This document shows positions 1 to 9,512 of a stretch of DNA of 64,000 nt, in pieces. The position numbers and the translations under genes were made by a program. Origin of the DNA: an uncultured Clostridium sp. (lineage in GTDB: Bacteria > Bacillota > Clostridia > TANB77 > CAG-508). The stretch covers positions 3,222 through 67,221 of the forward strand of contig CAOKGO010000004.1 in NCBI GenBank assembly GCA_948468045.1. Direction: 5' to 3'. The notes under the pieces are model-generated. The model saw nothing but the letters and a program-made list of their open reading frames with translations. It ran no database searches and was not told where the DNA came from. Each line of letters starts with the position of its first letter. Positions within the stretch are counted from its first letter, which is position 1.

Positions 1-456
1 ATAAAGGATAATATCCAATTAAATAGAAAATTTTCAGATGAATATATAATGGAAACAATTGAACTTGCTTCAGCAGAAGAGTTTGTTGAAAGTCTTCCAA
101 ATGGAATAGAAGAAATATCACATGAAAGAGGAAATTCGTATTCTTCAGGTCAAAAGCAATTATTGGCATTTGCAAGGATATTTGCTCATAACCCATCTAT
201 TTTTATTTTAGATGAGGCAACAGCAAATATAGATACAAAAACAGAAGAACTAATACAGAAATCAGTAGATAAAATATCAAAAGAAAAAACTTCAATATTT
301 ATTGCACATAGATTGTCTACTATTGTAAATGTGGATAAAATTATTGTGCTAAATCAAGGAGAAATAATTGAAGAGGGAAGCCATAATAAATTGGTTTCTA
401 AAACAGATGGATATTATAGTAGATTGTATAATGCATATTATAATGGGTTAGTGTAA
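1..456 (+). CDS. ABC exporter ATP-binding domain, C-terminal part (5' end cut by the window edge)
   Basis: Frame 1 is open from base 1. It carries an ABC signature-like SSGQKQ, Walker B FILDEATANID and H-loop AHRLST, typical of the MsbA/multidrug exporter type. Confidence 0.85.
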   Translation: MKDNIQLNRKFSDEYIMETIELASAEEFVESLPNGIEEISHERGNSYSSGQKQLLAFARIFAHNPSIFILDEATANIDTKTEELIQKSVDKISKEKTSIFIAHRLSTIVNVDKIIVLNQGEIIEEGSHNKLVSKTDGYYSRLYNAYYNGLV

Positions 457-924
457 AATATTTTTAATAATTTGTAAGGCTATTTTTGTCGCATTCGAAT
501 TTTTGTAAATAATTTTTATATTAATCTTTTGATTTGATTTTCTAAAAGTATTGATATATATAACATTTTTTCAAATTCTCGGTTGCCTTACAAATATTAA
601 TAAATTCTAGTAAAATAAAATGAGCCTCTTTCAAGTTCAAATGATTAAAATTCATTTACCTTGAACATCCCTCATTTTATTTTAAAAGAATTTCTAAATA
701 TTTTTCAGTTACATTCGAATTTTCATTAATGTTATATTATAAATACTTTTATAGTAAAGATATGCAAAATATTAATTAAGAATATTTTTTTACTTTTTTT
801 CATTTTGTTTATTGACATTTGATATAACTTATGATTAAATATCAACTATAATATTTTTTAAGTAAATTTTTACATATTACTTAGAATAATATTATAAAAT
901 TTAAAAAGAAAGGATGTTTTAAAA

Positions 925-1467
925 ATGGAAGATGTAATGGCAAACACAATTTTAAAGGAGTTAAGAGATTTTAGAGAGGAAAATAACAGAAAATGGGAAC
1001 AAAATGACAAACGTTGGGAAGAAAATGACAGAAGATGGGAGCAAAATGACAAACGCTGGGAAGAAAATAACAGAAGATGGGAGAAAAATGACAAACGTTG
1101 GGAAGAAAATGACAGAAGATGGGAACAAAATGAAATGCGTTGGAAAGAAAGTGATAAAATTTTAAAGGGAATTAATGACAGATTAACTAATGTAGAAGAG
1201 GGAAGAGAAAAAGACAGAAAAGAAATAATTGATGTATTAGATACTATGCAAAAAACTATTACTGGGCAATTTGAGGAAATAAAAGAACACTATGATGCAA
1301 AGCTTGATGCTATATATGCTGTGCAAAGGGTAAATGAAATTGAGCACAAACAATTTAGAGAATTTATGCATAGACATGAACATAGACTTGATTTTTATAA
1401 TTCAAGAATTAATAGATTAGAACAATGGAAAGACCAAATGGACTTAGGAGCATGTACACTAGTATGA
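925..1467 (+). CDS. hypothetical protein with tandem W-E-(E/Q)-N-(D/N)-(K/R)-R heptads
   Basis: 180-aa ORF with SD-like AAAGGA upstream. About 11 consecutive heptads (RKWEQND KRWEEND RRWEQND ...) are encoded by 42-bp DNA repeats at about 990-1150. The C-terminal half looks like a coiled coil. Confidence 0.6.
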   Translation: MEDVMANTILKELRDFREENNRKWEQNDKRWEENDRRWEQNDKRWEENNRRWEKNDKRWEENDRRWEQNEMRWKESDKILKGINDRLTNVEEGREKDRKEIIDVLDTMQKTITGQFEEIKEHYDAKLDAIYAVQRVNEIEHKQFREFMHRHEHRLDFYNSRINRLEQWKDQMDLGACTLV

Positions 1468-1473
1468 TATCAA

Positions 1474-1530
1474 CACATTTTGCAGAAAATTGCTTTGCAA
1501 TTTTCGCAAGCGAACAAAGACGGGGCCTGT
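1474..1530. repeat. mosaic repeat locus (module B plus a truncated C)
   Basis: cattttgcagaaaattgctttgcaattttcgcaagcgaacaaagacgggg. Confidence 0.7.
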
Positions 1531-1676
1531 AAATAATCCAAAAGAGAATTTTAGAAACAAAAAATCTTCAAAAACTGTTGTAAAATTTCAAATTATTGAT
1601 ATAATAAGAAAGACAACAGAAAAAGAAGATTTTTTATTTTAACAGTATGATAAAAAAAGAGAAAGGGAGAATAAAA

Positions 1677-2822
1677 ATGGTAAAAAAAGTAGGGATTTTA
1701 GCAAATGGTGGAGATGTATCAGGATTTAATGCAGTTATTAGAGCTATTGTAAAAACAGCTGAAAATAGTGGGGTTGAATGTTATGGAATTATGGATGGAT
1801 ACAATGGCTTATTAAAAAAAGATTTCGAATTACTATCAACAGCAGCAAATGGGGAAGCAACAGGAATATTGCCAAAAGGTGGTTCTATTATTGGTTCTTC
1901 TACAAATGCGAACTTATTTAATTACAAAATAGTAAATGAAGATGGAAGTGTAGAATATAAAGACATGTCAGGACAAGCAATACAAAACATCAAAGACTTT
2001 GGGTTTGACTGTATATTTACATTAGGTGGAGATGGAACACAAAAATCAGCAAGAGATTTTTCAACTAAAGGTGTTAATGTAATTGGAGTTCCTAAAACAA
2101 TTGACAATGATGTTGCTTGTACAGAAATCACTTTTGGATACAATACAGCGGTATCAGTTGCTATGGAAGCATTAGATAGATTACACACAACAGGAGCAAC
2201 ACATCATAGAATTATGGTACTAGAAGTAATGGGAAGATATGCAGGGTGGATTGCATTAGAAGCAGCAATTGCAGGTGGAGCAGATGTAGCATTAATACCA
2301 GAAATTCCTTATGATATTAATAGAGTAGCTGAAAAGATTAATAATAGAAGAAAAAGAGGAAAGAATTTTAGTGTTGTAGTAGTAGCAGAAGGAGCAAAAC
2401 CAAAAGATGGAGAAATTACTATAATGGGAACAAGAGACAACGGAGCAGGTGTAGACAACACAAAATTAGGTGGAATAGGTCAAGTACTTGCTAAACAATT
2501 AGAAGAAATGACAGGATTAGAAGCAAGAAATACAACTTTAGGTTATATGCAAAGAGGTGGAACTCCAACAGCATTTGACAGAGTATTATCTACAAAATAT
2601 GGAACCAAAGCTATGGAACTTGCACTAGAGGGTAAATTCGGAACATTAGCTATTATAAAAAATGGAAAATTAGATAGTGTTTCTTTAGAAGAAGTAGTAG
2701 GAAGAAACACAAAAATAGGAGCAGTATCAGGAAATACAGATGAAAGTAACTTAAGAAAAGTAGAAATGGATGATGATTTAATAAAAACAGCAAGAGATAT
2801 TGGAATTAATTTAGGAGACTAA
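1677..2822 (+). CDS. pfkA: 6-phosphofructokinase
   Basis: PFK motifs GGDVSGFNA, TLGGDGT, PKTIDND and MGRYAG. SD GGGAGA lies 6 nt before ATG 1677; the ORF opens at 1647. Confidence 0.9.
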   Translation: MVKKVGILANGGDVSGFNAVIRAIVKTAENSGVECYGIMDGYNGLLKKDFELLSTAANGEATGILPKGGSIIGSSTNANLFNYKIVNEDGSVEYKDMSGQAIQNIKDFGFDCIFTLGGDGTQKSARDFSTKGVNVIGVPKTIDNDVACTEITFGYNTAVSVAMEALDRLHTTGATHHRIMVLEVMGRYAGWIALEAAIAGGADVALIPEIPYDINRVAEKINNRRKRGKNFSVVVVAEGAKPKDGEITIMGTRDNGAGVDNTKLGGIGQVLAKQLEEMTGLEARNTTLGYMQRGGTPTAFDRVLSTKYGTKAMELALEGKFGTLAIIKNGKLDSVSLEEVVGRNTKIGAVSGNTDESNLRKVEMDDDLIKTARDIGINLGD

Positions 2823-2851
2823 TTAGTTTTCAAATTAGGAATATTTAAGGC

Positions 2852-2948
2852 AAATCTTACTTCTTTATATATTTATAAATAATTTAAGAATTTTAACTTT
2901 ATTACAGTTACATTCATAATTTATTTAAAATATAAAGAAGTAAGATTT
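2852..2948. terminator. long perfect hairpin after pfkA (19-bp arms, about 59-nt loop)
   Basis: aaatcttacttctttatat (2852-2870) is the exact reverse complement of atataaagaagtaagattt (2930-2948). Confidence 0.45.
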
Positions 2949-2999
2949 AAACGTCAAAGACGCTGATTTTTAGTTGATAGCAATTAAGGAGAAAAAAGT

Positions 3000-5900
3000 A
3001 TGGGAGAAGTAAAATGGACTAAAGAGCAACAAGATGCTATTTTTGAAAAAGGAACAAACATATTAGTGGCAGCAGCAGCTGGAAGTGGTAAAACAGCAGT
3101 ATTAGTAGAAAGAATAATAAATAAAATAATGAAAGACAAAATAGATATAGATAAAGTACTAGTTGTAACCTTTACAAACAGTGCAGCTTCTGAAATGAGA
3201 GAAAGAGTACTAAAAGCTATTTACAAGCAACTAGAAGAAACACCAGAAGATGACAACTTGCAAAGGCAAATTACACTACTAAATAAAGCAAGCATTTGTA
3301 CAATAGACTCTTTCTGTTTAGAAGTTGTAAGAAACAACTTCTATGAATTAGAAAACATATCTCCTAATTTTAGAATTGCTGATACAACAGAAATTGAACT
3401 ATTAAAACAAGAAGTTATCGAAGACATATTTGAAGAAAAATATGAAACAGAAAACGAAGATTTTACAAAATTAATAAATACATATACAAGTTATAGAGAT
3501 GATACCCCATTAAAAGACCTAGTTTTAAAAATATATTCTTATATACAAAGCCATCCATTTCCAAAAAAATGGTTAGAAGAAAAAATAGAAATGTTTAATT
3601 TAGATGAGCAAGAACTAGAAGAAGATTTTAGCAAAACACCATGGGGAAATATCTTATTACAGGAAGTAGAAGAAGAACTAATTGACAATATTTCTATGCT
3701 AGAAAGAGTAGAAAAAGATTATTTAAGAGAAGCTGAATTAGAAAAATTCTATCAAACAATAAGAGATGACATAAGTCAATTAGAAAATATAAAAAGAAAT
3801 ATTACAAATTGGGACAAGTGTTATGAAACATTTTCCAATTTGAAATTCACTACTTGGCCAAGGCAAAAAATAGAATCTGATAAAAAGGAAAAAGCAAAAA
3901 AAATAAGAGATGAGGTAAAAGAAAAACTAAAAAAATTAGATAAAATCTTAATTTGTACATCACGTGAAGCAAATCAAGATATTAAAGACATGTATGAAAT
4001 TTTGAACAAATTGAAAGATTTAATTTTTGAATTTAATCAGGAATTTAGCAAAAGAAAAATAGAGAAAAATATAGTGGATTTTAGTGATATTGAACATTTT
4101 GCACTAGACATTTTGTTAAATTCTAGTCAAGTAGCTGAAAAATATCAAGAAAAATACAAAGAAATAGCAATAGACGAATATCAAGATAGCAACTTAGTAC
4201 AAGAAACGATATTAACTACAATATCAAGAAGCAATAATATTTTTATGGTAGGAGATGTAAAACAAAGTATATATAAATTCAGACAAGCTATGCCAGAGTT
4301 ATTTTTAAGCAAATATGAATTATATCAAAAAAAGGAAGAAAGAGACCTAGAAGAAGACTTAAAAATACAGTTATTCAAAAATTTTAGAAGCAAGAAAAAC
4401 ATTTTGGATTTTACAAACTTAATTTTTGAAAACATAATGAGCAAAAATTTAGGAGATATAAATTATAATAAAGAAGAATACTTAAATATAGGAGCAAACT
4501 ATCAACCAATTAATCAAGATGAAAAAATAGAAATTCATGTAATAGATAGTAAAGAACAAGAAGAAACAGAAGAAAAACAGGATACAGAAGAAGATAATGA
4601 AGAAATAGAAAATATTGCAGATGTAGAACTAGAAGCAAAATTTGTTGCAAACAAAATAAAAAAATTATTAGAAAGTAAATATCAAGTATGGGACAAAAAT
4701 AAAGAATCTTACAGAGATATTGAATATAAAGACATAGTAATCTTGCTAAGAACAACATCAAATGTTGCAAATATTTATGAACAAGAAATAATAAATTTAG
4801 AAATGCCAGTATTTTCAGACAGTTCACAAGAATACTTAAATTCTATTGAAATACAGACAATAATGAGTTTACTAAAAATAATTGACAACCCAATTCAAGA
4901 CATTCCATTAGTTACAGTAATGAGGTCAAATATTGGAAAATTCACAGATGACGAATTAATACGAATAAGGTTAGCAGATAAACAAGATAATTTTTACACT
5001 TGTTTGCAAAAAGCTAAAATATCTGTAGAAAATAGCTTAAGGCAAAAAATAGAGGGCTTTTTGGAAAAATTAGATAATTGGAGAAAAGAACAAGAGTATT
5101 TGGCTTTAGATGAATTAATATGGAAAATTTATTCAGATACAAGCTATTATAATTATGTTGGTTTAATGCCAAATGGGGTATTAAGACAGGCAAACTTAAA
5201 ATTATTATTTGAAAAAGCTAAACAGTATGAAACTGCTAGCTTTAAAGGATTATATAACTTTATACATTTTATTGAAAGGTTACGCCTAGGAAGTGGGGAT
5301 TTAGGAGCTGCTAAAATAATTGGAGAAAATGATAATGTTATTCGTATTATGAGTATTCATAAAAGTAAAGGATTAGAATTTCCAGTTGTATTTTTATCAA
5401 GTACAGGTAAGCAATTTAATTTAATGGATTTAAATCAAAATGTGTTATTAGAACAAAATTTGGGTATTGGTGTAAAATATATTGATTATGAAAAACAGGT
5501 TCAATATGATACATTAAGCAAAGCAGCACTAAAAAATAAATTATTACAAGAAACTTTATCAGAAGAAATGAGAATTTTATATGTTGCATTAACTAGGGCA
5601 AAAGAAAAATTAATTATAACAGGAATAGAAAAAGATTTTGAAAAGAAAAATGAAAAAATGCTACAACAAATAGATACATATCAAAAGCAAAATGGAAAGA
5701 TAAATCCTATTTTAATCAAAAAATATATAAAATATATAGAGTGGATATTAATGGTGTTTCTTTATGAAAAGGAAAACATTGAAGAAATTGCTAAGTTAGA
5801 AACATATGATAAAAAGAAAGTTTTACAATTGTGTGAAAAAATTGATACAAAAAATTTTGATGTAATAAATATAATGGAAACACAGGAAAAGAATGAGGAA

Positions 5901-6578
5901 GAAATAGAGAAAATAGAAAACAAACTAAATACTATATATCAATATGAATTAGCTACAAAAATACCAACAAAAACATCTGTTACTGAAATAAAACAGCAAG
6001 AACAAGAAGAAATAGATATAAACTTTGGGGTTCCTAAATTTATGAAAAATGAAGAAGATTTAAAATTGACAGGAAGTCAAAAAGGAACATTGTTGCATTT
6101 ATGTATGCAAAAATTGGACGAAACACAAGACTATACATTAGAAACTATTAACCAATTAATTAACAATTTGGAACAAAAAGAAATTATAACGCAAAAAGAA
6201 GCACAAAATATAAACCCAATGTCAATTTTAAAATTTACACAATCTAACATTTGGCATGAAATGAAGTTTGCAAAGCAAGTCCAAAAAGAAAAGCCTTTTT
6301 ATATTAAAATACCTGCTAAAGAAATTTATCAAGAAGAGGTGCAAGAAGATGTGTTGGTACAAGGTATTATTGACTTGTACTATATAAATAAAGAAAATGA
6401 ACTAATATTGGTTGATTATAAAACAGATTTTTTGCAAAGTGAACAAGAATTGATAGATAAATATAAAATACAATTGGAGTTATATAAAAAGGCATTAGAA
6501 GAGGCTTTAGGAAAAAAAGTTTGCCATATTTATATATATTCGACATATTTGGGAAAGGAAATTGAAATCTTGTATTGA
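3000..6578 (+). CDS. addA: ATP-dependent helicase/nuclease subunit A (AddA-type)
   Basis: 1192 aa. N-terminal UvrD-like helicase (AAAGSGKT, DEYQD, VGDVKQSIYKFR) and C-terminal RecB-type nuclease (GIIDLYY...LVDYKTD). Confidence 0.9.
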   Translation: MGEVKWTKEQQDAIFEKGTNILVAAAAGSGKTAVLVERIINKIMKDKIDIDKVLVVTFTNSAASEMRERVLKAIYKQLEETPEDDNLQRQITLLNKASICTIDSFCLEVVRNNFYELENISPNFRIADTTEIELLKQEVIEDIFEEKYETENEDFTKLINTYTSYRDDTPLKDLVLKIYSYIQSHPFPKKWLEEKIEMFNLDEQELEEDFSKTPWGNILLQEVEEELIDNISMLERVEKDYLREAELEKFYQTIRDDISQLENIKRNITNWDKCYETFSNLKFTTWPRQKIESDKKEKAKKIRDEVKEKLKKLDKILICTSREANQDIKDMYEILNKLKDLIFEFNQEFSKRKIEKNIVDFSDIEHFALDILLNSSQVAEKYQEKYKEIAIDEYQDSNLVQETILTTISRSNNIFMVGDVKQSIYKFRQAMPELFLSKYELYQKKEERDLEEDLKIQLFKNFRSKKNILDFTNLIFENIMSKNLGDINYNKEEYLNIGANYQPINQDEKIEIHVIDSKEQEETEEKQDTEEDNEEIENIADVELEAKFVANKIKKLLESKYQVWDKNKESYRDIEYKDIVILLRTTSNVANIYEQEIINLEMPVFSDSSQEYLNSIEIQTIMSLLKIIDNPIQDIPLVTVMRSNIGKFTDDELIRIRLADKQDNFYTCLQKAKISVENSLRQKIEGFLEKLDNWRKEQEYLALDELIWKIYSDTSYYNYVGLMPNGVLRQANLKLLFEKAKQYETASFKGLYNFIHFIERLRLGSGDLGAAKIIGENDNVIRIMSIHKSKGLEFPVVFLSSTGKQFNLMDLNQNVLLEQNLGIGVKYIDYEKQVQYDTLSKAALKNKLLQETLSEEMRILYVALTRAKEKLIITGIEKDFEKKNEKMLQQIDTYQKQNGKINPILIKKYIKYIEWILMVFLYEKENIEEIAKLETYDKKKVLQLCEKIDTKNFDVINIMETQEKNEEEIEKIENKLNTIYQYELATKIPTKTSVTEIKQQEQEEIDINFGVPKFMKNEEDLKLTGSQKGTLLHLCMQKLDETQDYTLETINQLINNLEQKEIITQKEAQNINPMSILKFTQSNIWHEMKFAKQVQKEKPFYIKIPAKEIYQEEVQEDVLVQGIIDLYYINKENELILVDYKTDFLQSEQELIDKYKIQLELYKKALEEALGKKVCHIYIYSTYLGKEIEILY

Positions 6579-6655
6579 CATAATATTTAGTATAGACTTT
6601 TTTAGCCTTATGTGGTATACTATATATGTAAATTTAAGGGAAAAGAGGAAATGTT

Positions 6656-7120
6656 ATGAATACATTACAGAAAATTGCTGTATGGACAGCTATGTTAATA
6701 GGAACTTTCATATTTTCAGATTTTTTGATAAATGTAGGATTAAATTCTACATATAAAGATATTGAAAGAAAAGATAACAATTCTCAAATTGTTGTATATC
6801 AAGCAGATGCTACATATGTAAATGGTAGAATAAGGGGAGTTATTAAAGAAATAAATAAAATAAAAGATAAATACTTAAAAATTGAGTTATATTCTAAAAG
6901 GGATGTTTTAGTAGGGAGAAGATATATAGAAATAGGAAAAGACTCAGACATTGAAACTAAAAGCTTTGAATTACTTTTTAAAGCGAATGATGTATCTTAT
7001 TACAAAATGGGAACTGCTAATGAAAAAGTGCCAGGTGATGAAGTTGAAATTATTTCTAAGGAATTAACAAAACCTGAGATTATATTAACAACTGCTATGA
7101 TGTTTTTGATTTTTTGGTAA
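6656..7120 (+). CDS. hypothetical membrane-anchored protein
   Basis: 154-aa ORF with SD GAGGAA upstream, and hydrophobic segments at both the N and C termini. Confidence 0.5.
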   Translation: MNTLQKIAVWTAMLIGTFIFSDFLINVGLNSTYKDIERKDNNSQIVVYQADATYVNGRIRGVIKEINKIKDKYLKIELYSKRDVLVGRRYIEIGKDSDIETKSFELLFKANDVSYYKMGTANEKVPGDEVEIISKELTKPEIILTTAMMFLIFW

Positions 7121-7137
7121 GTAGAAATAATGTAAAA

Positions 7138-7168
7138 ATAGGATTTGGGGGCCGTCCCTAAATCCTAT
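7138..7168. terminator. GC-rich hairpin between convergent genes, flanked by T/A runs (bidirectional terminator)
   Basis: ataggatttgggg-gccg-tccctaaatcctat followed by tttttt. A near-identical copy in inverted orientation lies at 18264-18292. Confidence 0.7.
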
Positions 7169-8868
7169 TTTTTGGTGTTACATATAATGTGTTATTATGG
7201 GTATAAATTACCATTCCAGGTTTTGCACCATTTGGCTTTTTTACATTTTTTACTTCACAAAAGTCAACTGCAACATTTGAAGAGTTTTTTGCTTTGCTGT
7301 GAAATGCTGCAATTTCTGCACATTTTAGCAACACATTATTATTTGGTAAGTTTTCACTTTGGAGTTGCAAAATAGCATGACTACCAGGAAAGTCTTTTGT
7401 ATGAAACCAAAGGTCTATTTTTTTAGAGTATTTTAATGTTAGGTAATCATTTTCTTTATTATTTCTGCCAACTAACAAAGTGTATCCATCTATTGTATAT
7501 TTTAAAGGATTAAAAGAAACGTTTTTATTTTTTGTAAGGGAAGATTTTTTTACTTTTGTTTTTTGTTTCTTTTTGTAATTGTCAGTTTTTTCTTTAAAAA
7601 TGACATTTTCAGAGATTTCTTCAAAGATTTCTGATACTTCGTCTAAGGTTGAACAAGCCTCTAACTCATAAATAATGCTTTCTATATAATTTAGTTCATT
7701 TATAGTTTCAGCTTTTTGTAAGCTAACAACTTCTAAGGTGTTTTTCAATTTATGATATTTTTTAAAAAACTTTTTTGCATTTATTGATGGCAAATATCTA
7801 TCATCTAATAGTATTGTGATTTTTTCGCCAGTATAATAATTATCTAATGTAATTTCTTTTAAGTTTTCATTTGGAATTTGATACAAATTAGCTGTAATTA
7901 GTTCTCCGTATAATTGATATTTTTCCATATCTTTACACGTTTGTAGTTTTTCTTCCATATTATATAAACGCTTTTTGTATTTATTTAAAACTTCTAAAAT
8001 CATTTTTAAAATACTATCACGATAAATTTTAAAATATTCAGAAGTTTCTTTTATGTTGTAAAAATCATCTAAGAAAAAGTTTAAATGAAATGGGGAAGAA
8101 GCATTTGTTGTAGGTTTTAAAAAGTAATCTTTTTTCTTATTTTCAATTATTTCAAAATCTAACAAATTGCTATCAGTATTATTGATAATTTTTTGTAAAT
8201 AGTTGTAAAGTTTTTCTGAATTGCTTTTATCTAAATTTGTAATTCCAAGATTAACCAAACTTGCATCTAAAAAAGATTTGCTAATACCATTAAATACCTC
8301 ATAAATAGGCTTGCCAAGAGAAAGCTTTTCGTAAAAAGTTTCAAAACTTGTACAATCTAAAAAGTTTGTTTTCGTAGTAGCAGGATATGTGTATTTAACA
8401 TGAGGTACAATTGCTCTTGTGCTATTTTCAGAATTTATGTGCCTTAAACTATCAATTATTATGTTTTGCTCATCTAATAAAATGATATTACAGTGTTTTC
8501 CCATAAGCTCTATAATTAGCCTTTTAGAAATAATATCATCTATATCGTCAAATCCCTCAAAGTCAATAATAACAAGTCTTTCTAATTGACTTGTAGTAAT
8601 GTTTTTAATGTGAAGCCCGAGTTAAGTGCTTTCTAAGTACCATGCAAAAGCCTAGTGCCATTTTTGGGTTTGGCTTTGGGTGTGTTGTTAGGTGAATACG
8701 GTAGTTTTGGGCATCTGTACATATATTTAATAGATAATTTGATCCGTCTAAATAAAAGCCTAATAAAATGTTGTTTTTATTTGGCTGAAATATTTTGTCT
8801 ATTCTTGCTCCAGTAAGTTCTTGTAATTCTGAAGCTATTGCTTTTGTGACAATTCCGTCAAATGCCAT
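7158..8868 (-). CDS. rqcH: RqcH / fibronectin-binding protein A family (NFACT) ribosome quality control protein; needs a +1 shift at CGG
   Basis: The N-terminal ORF 8868-8605 (MAFDGIV...FCMVLRKHLT) and ORF 8504-7158 join if C 8619 is skipped: ...LRKHLT|GLHIKNITTSQLERLVIIDFEGF..., matching the B. subtilis YloA pattern LRKH..GG.I..I. Segments are 8868-8620 and 8618-7158. Confidence 0.85.
8616..8619 (-). other. putative +1 recoding site, ACT C GGG
   Basis: In-frame CGG (8619-8617). The zero frame stops 4 codons later; the +1 frame continues the homologous protein. Confidence 0.75.
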
Positions 8869-9004
8869 AAGGTCATCTCCTTTGTTTTGGACTTTAATAA
8901 TTATAGCATATTTTTTGGGAAAAGAGAAGAAAAAAGTTTTTAAGATTTTGATTATTTGTATTTGTGTGACATGATATTTGGAAAAGGAAAAAGAGGCTTA
9001 CGCC

Positions 9005-9256
9005 TCACATTTCCCTACAAAAATACTCTAATGCTAATTCATAAGCAACATTATCTTCAATGCTGTTTATAGTTTTGGCTATAGGGACAAATTTCCGATA
9101 TGATGGTCTGAATTTATATGGAAATGTCACATTGCACGAATCAAATTCTGCAATACTCCCATTTTCACCACACAGTTTAGCCTTTGTTTCTTTTTGTTTC
9201 AACACATATTTTTTGCCATTGACAAAAAATGTGTATTTTTCACCGTAGTATCCCAT
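9005..9256 (-). CDS. hypothetical small protein
   Basis: 83-aa ORF with SD AAGGAGG upstream. It contains an in-frame CGG at 9097-9095 that breaks no recognisable homology. Confidence 0.4.
   Translation of the reverse strand: MGYYGEKYTFFVNGKKYVLKQKETKAKLCGENGSIAEFDSCNVTFPYKFRPSYRKFVPIAKTINSIEDNVAYELALEYFCREM
9094..9097 (-). other. in-frame CGG of unclear meaning, TAT CGG AAA
   Basis: This is the only in-frame CGG where the zero frame stays open (27 more codons). A +1 shift would end the protein after GNLSL at 9079. Confidence 0.3.
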
Positions 9257-9512
9257 GATGACCTCCTTGTAAAGACTGGTGTGTTACACTCTCACAAAAA
9301 AATGTAGGAGTTAGAGTTACAAATATTACAAATTTATTATAAGATATTTACAAAAAAAAAGCAAATTTTCATAAAATTATCAAAATTTGCACAACAATAT
9401 ACTCAAAATCTGTACAATGATTTGCTCAAAAAATGCACAATACCTATTGTATAAAATTCATATAAAGTATATAATAATAGAAGAAACAACAAAAGAGAAA
9501 GAGAGGATTTTT

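Noticed and set aside
6562-6756. 64-aa ORF overlapping the end of addA and the start of the next gene
   Set aside because: It has no SD, overlaps two better-supported genes, and its composition is not protein-like.
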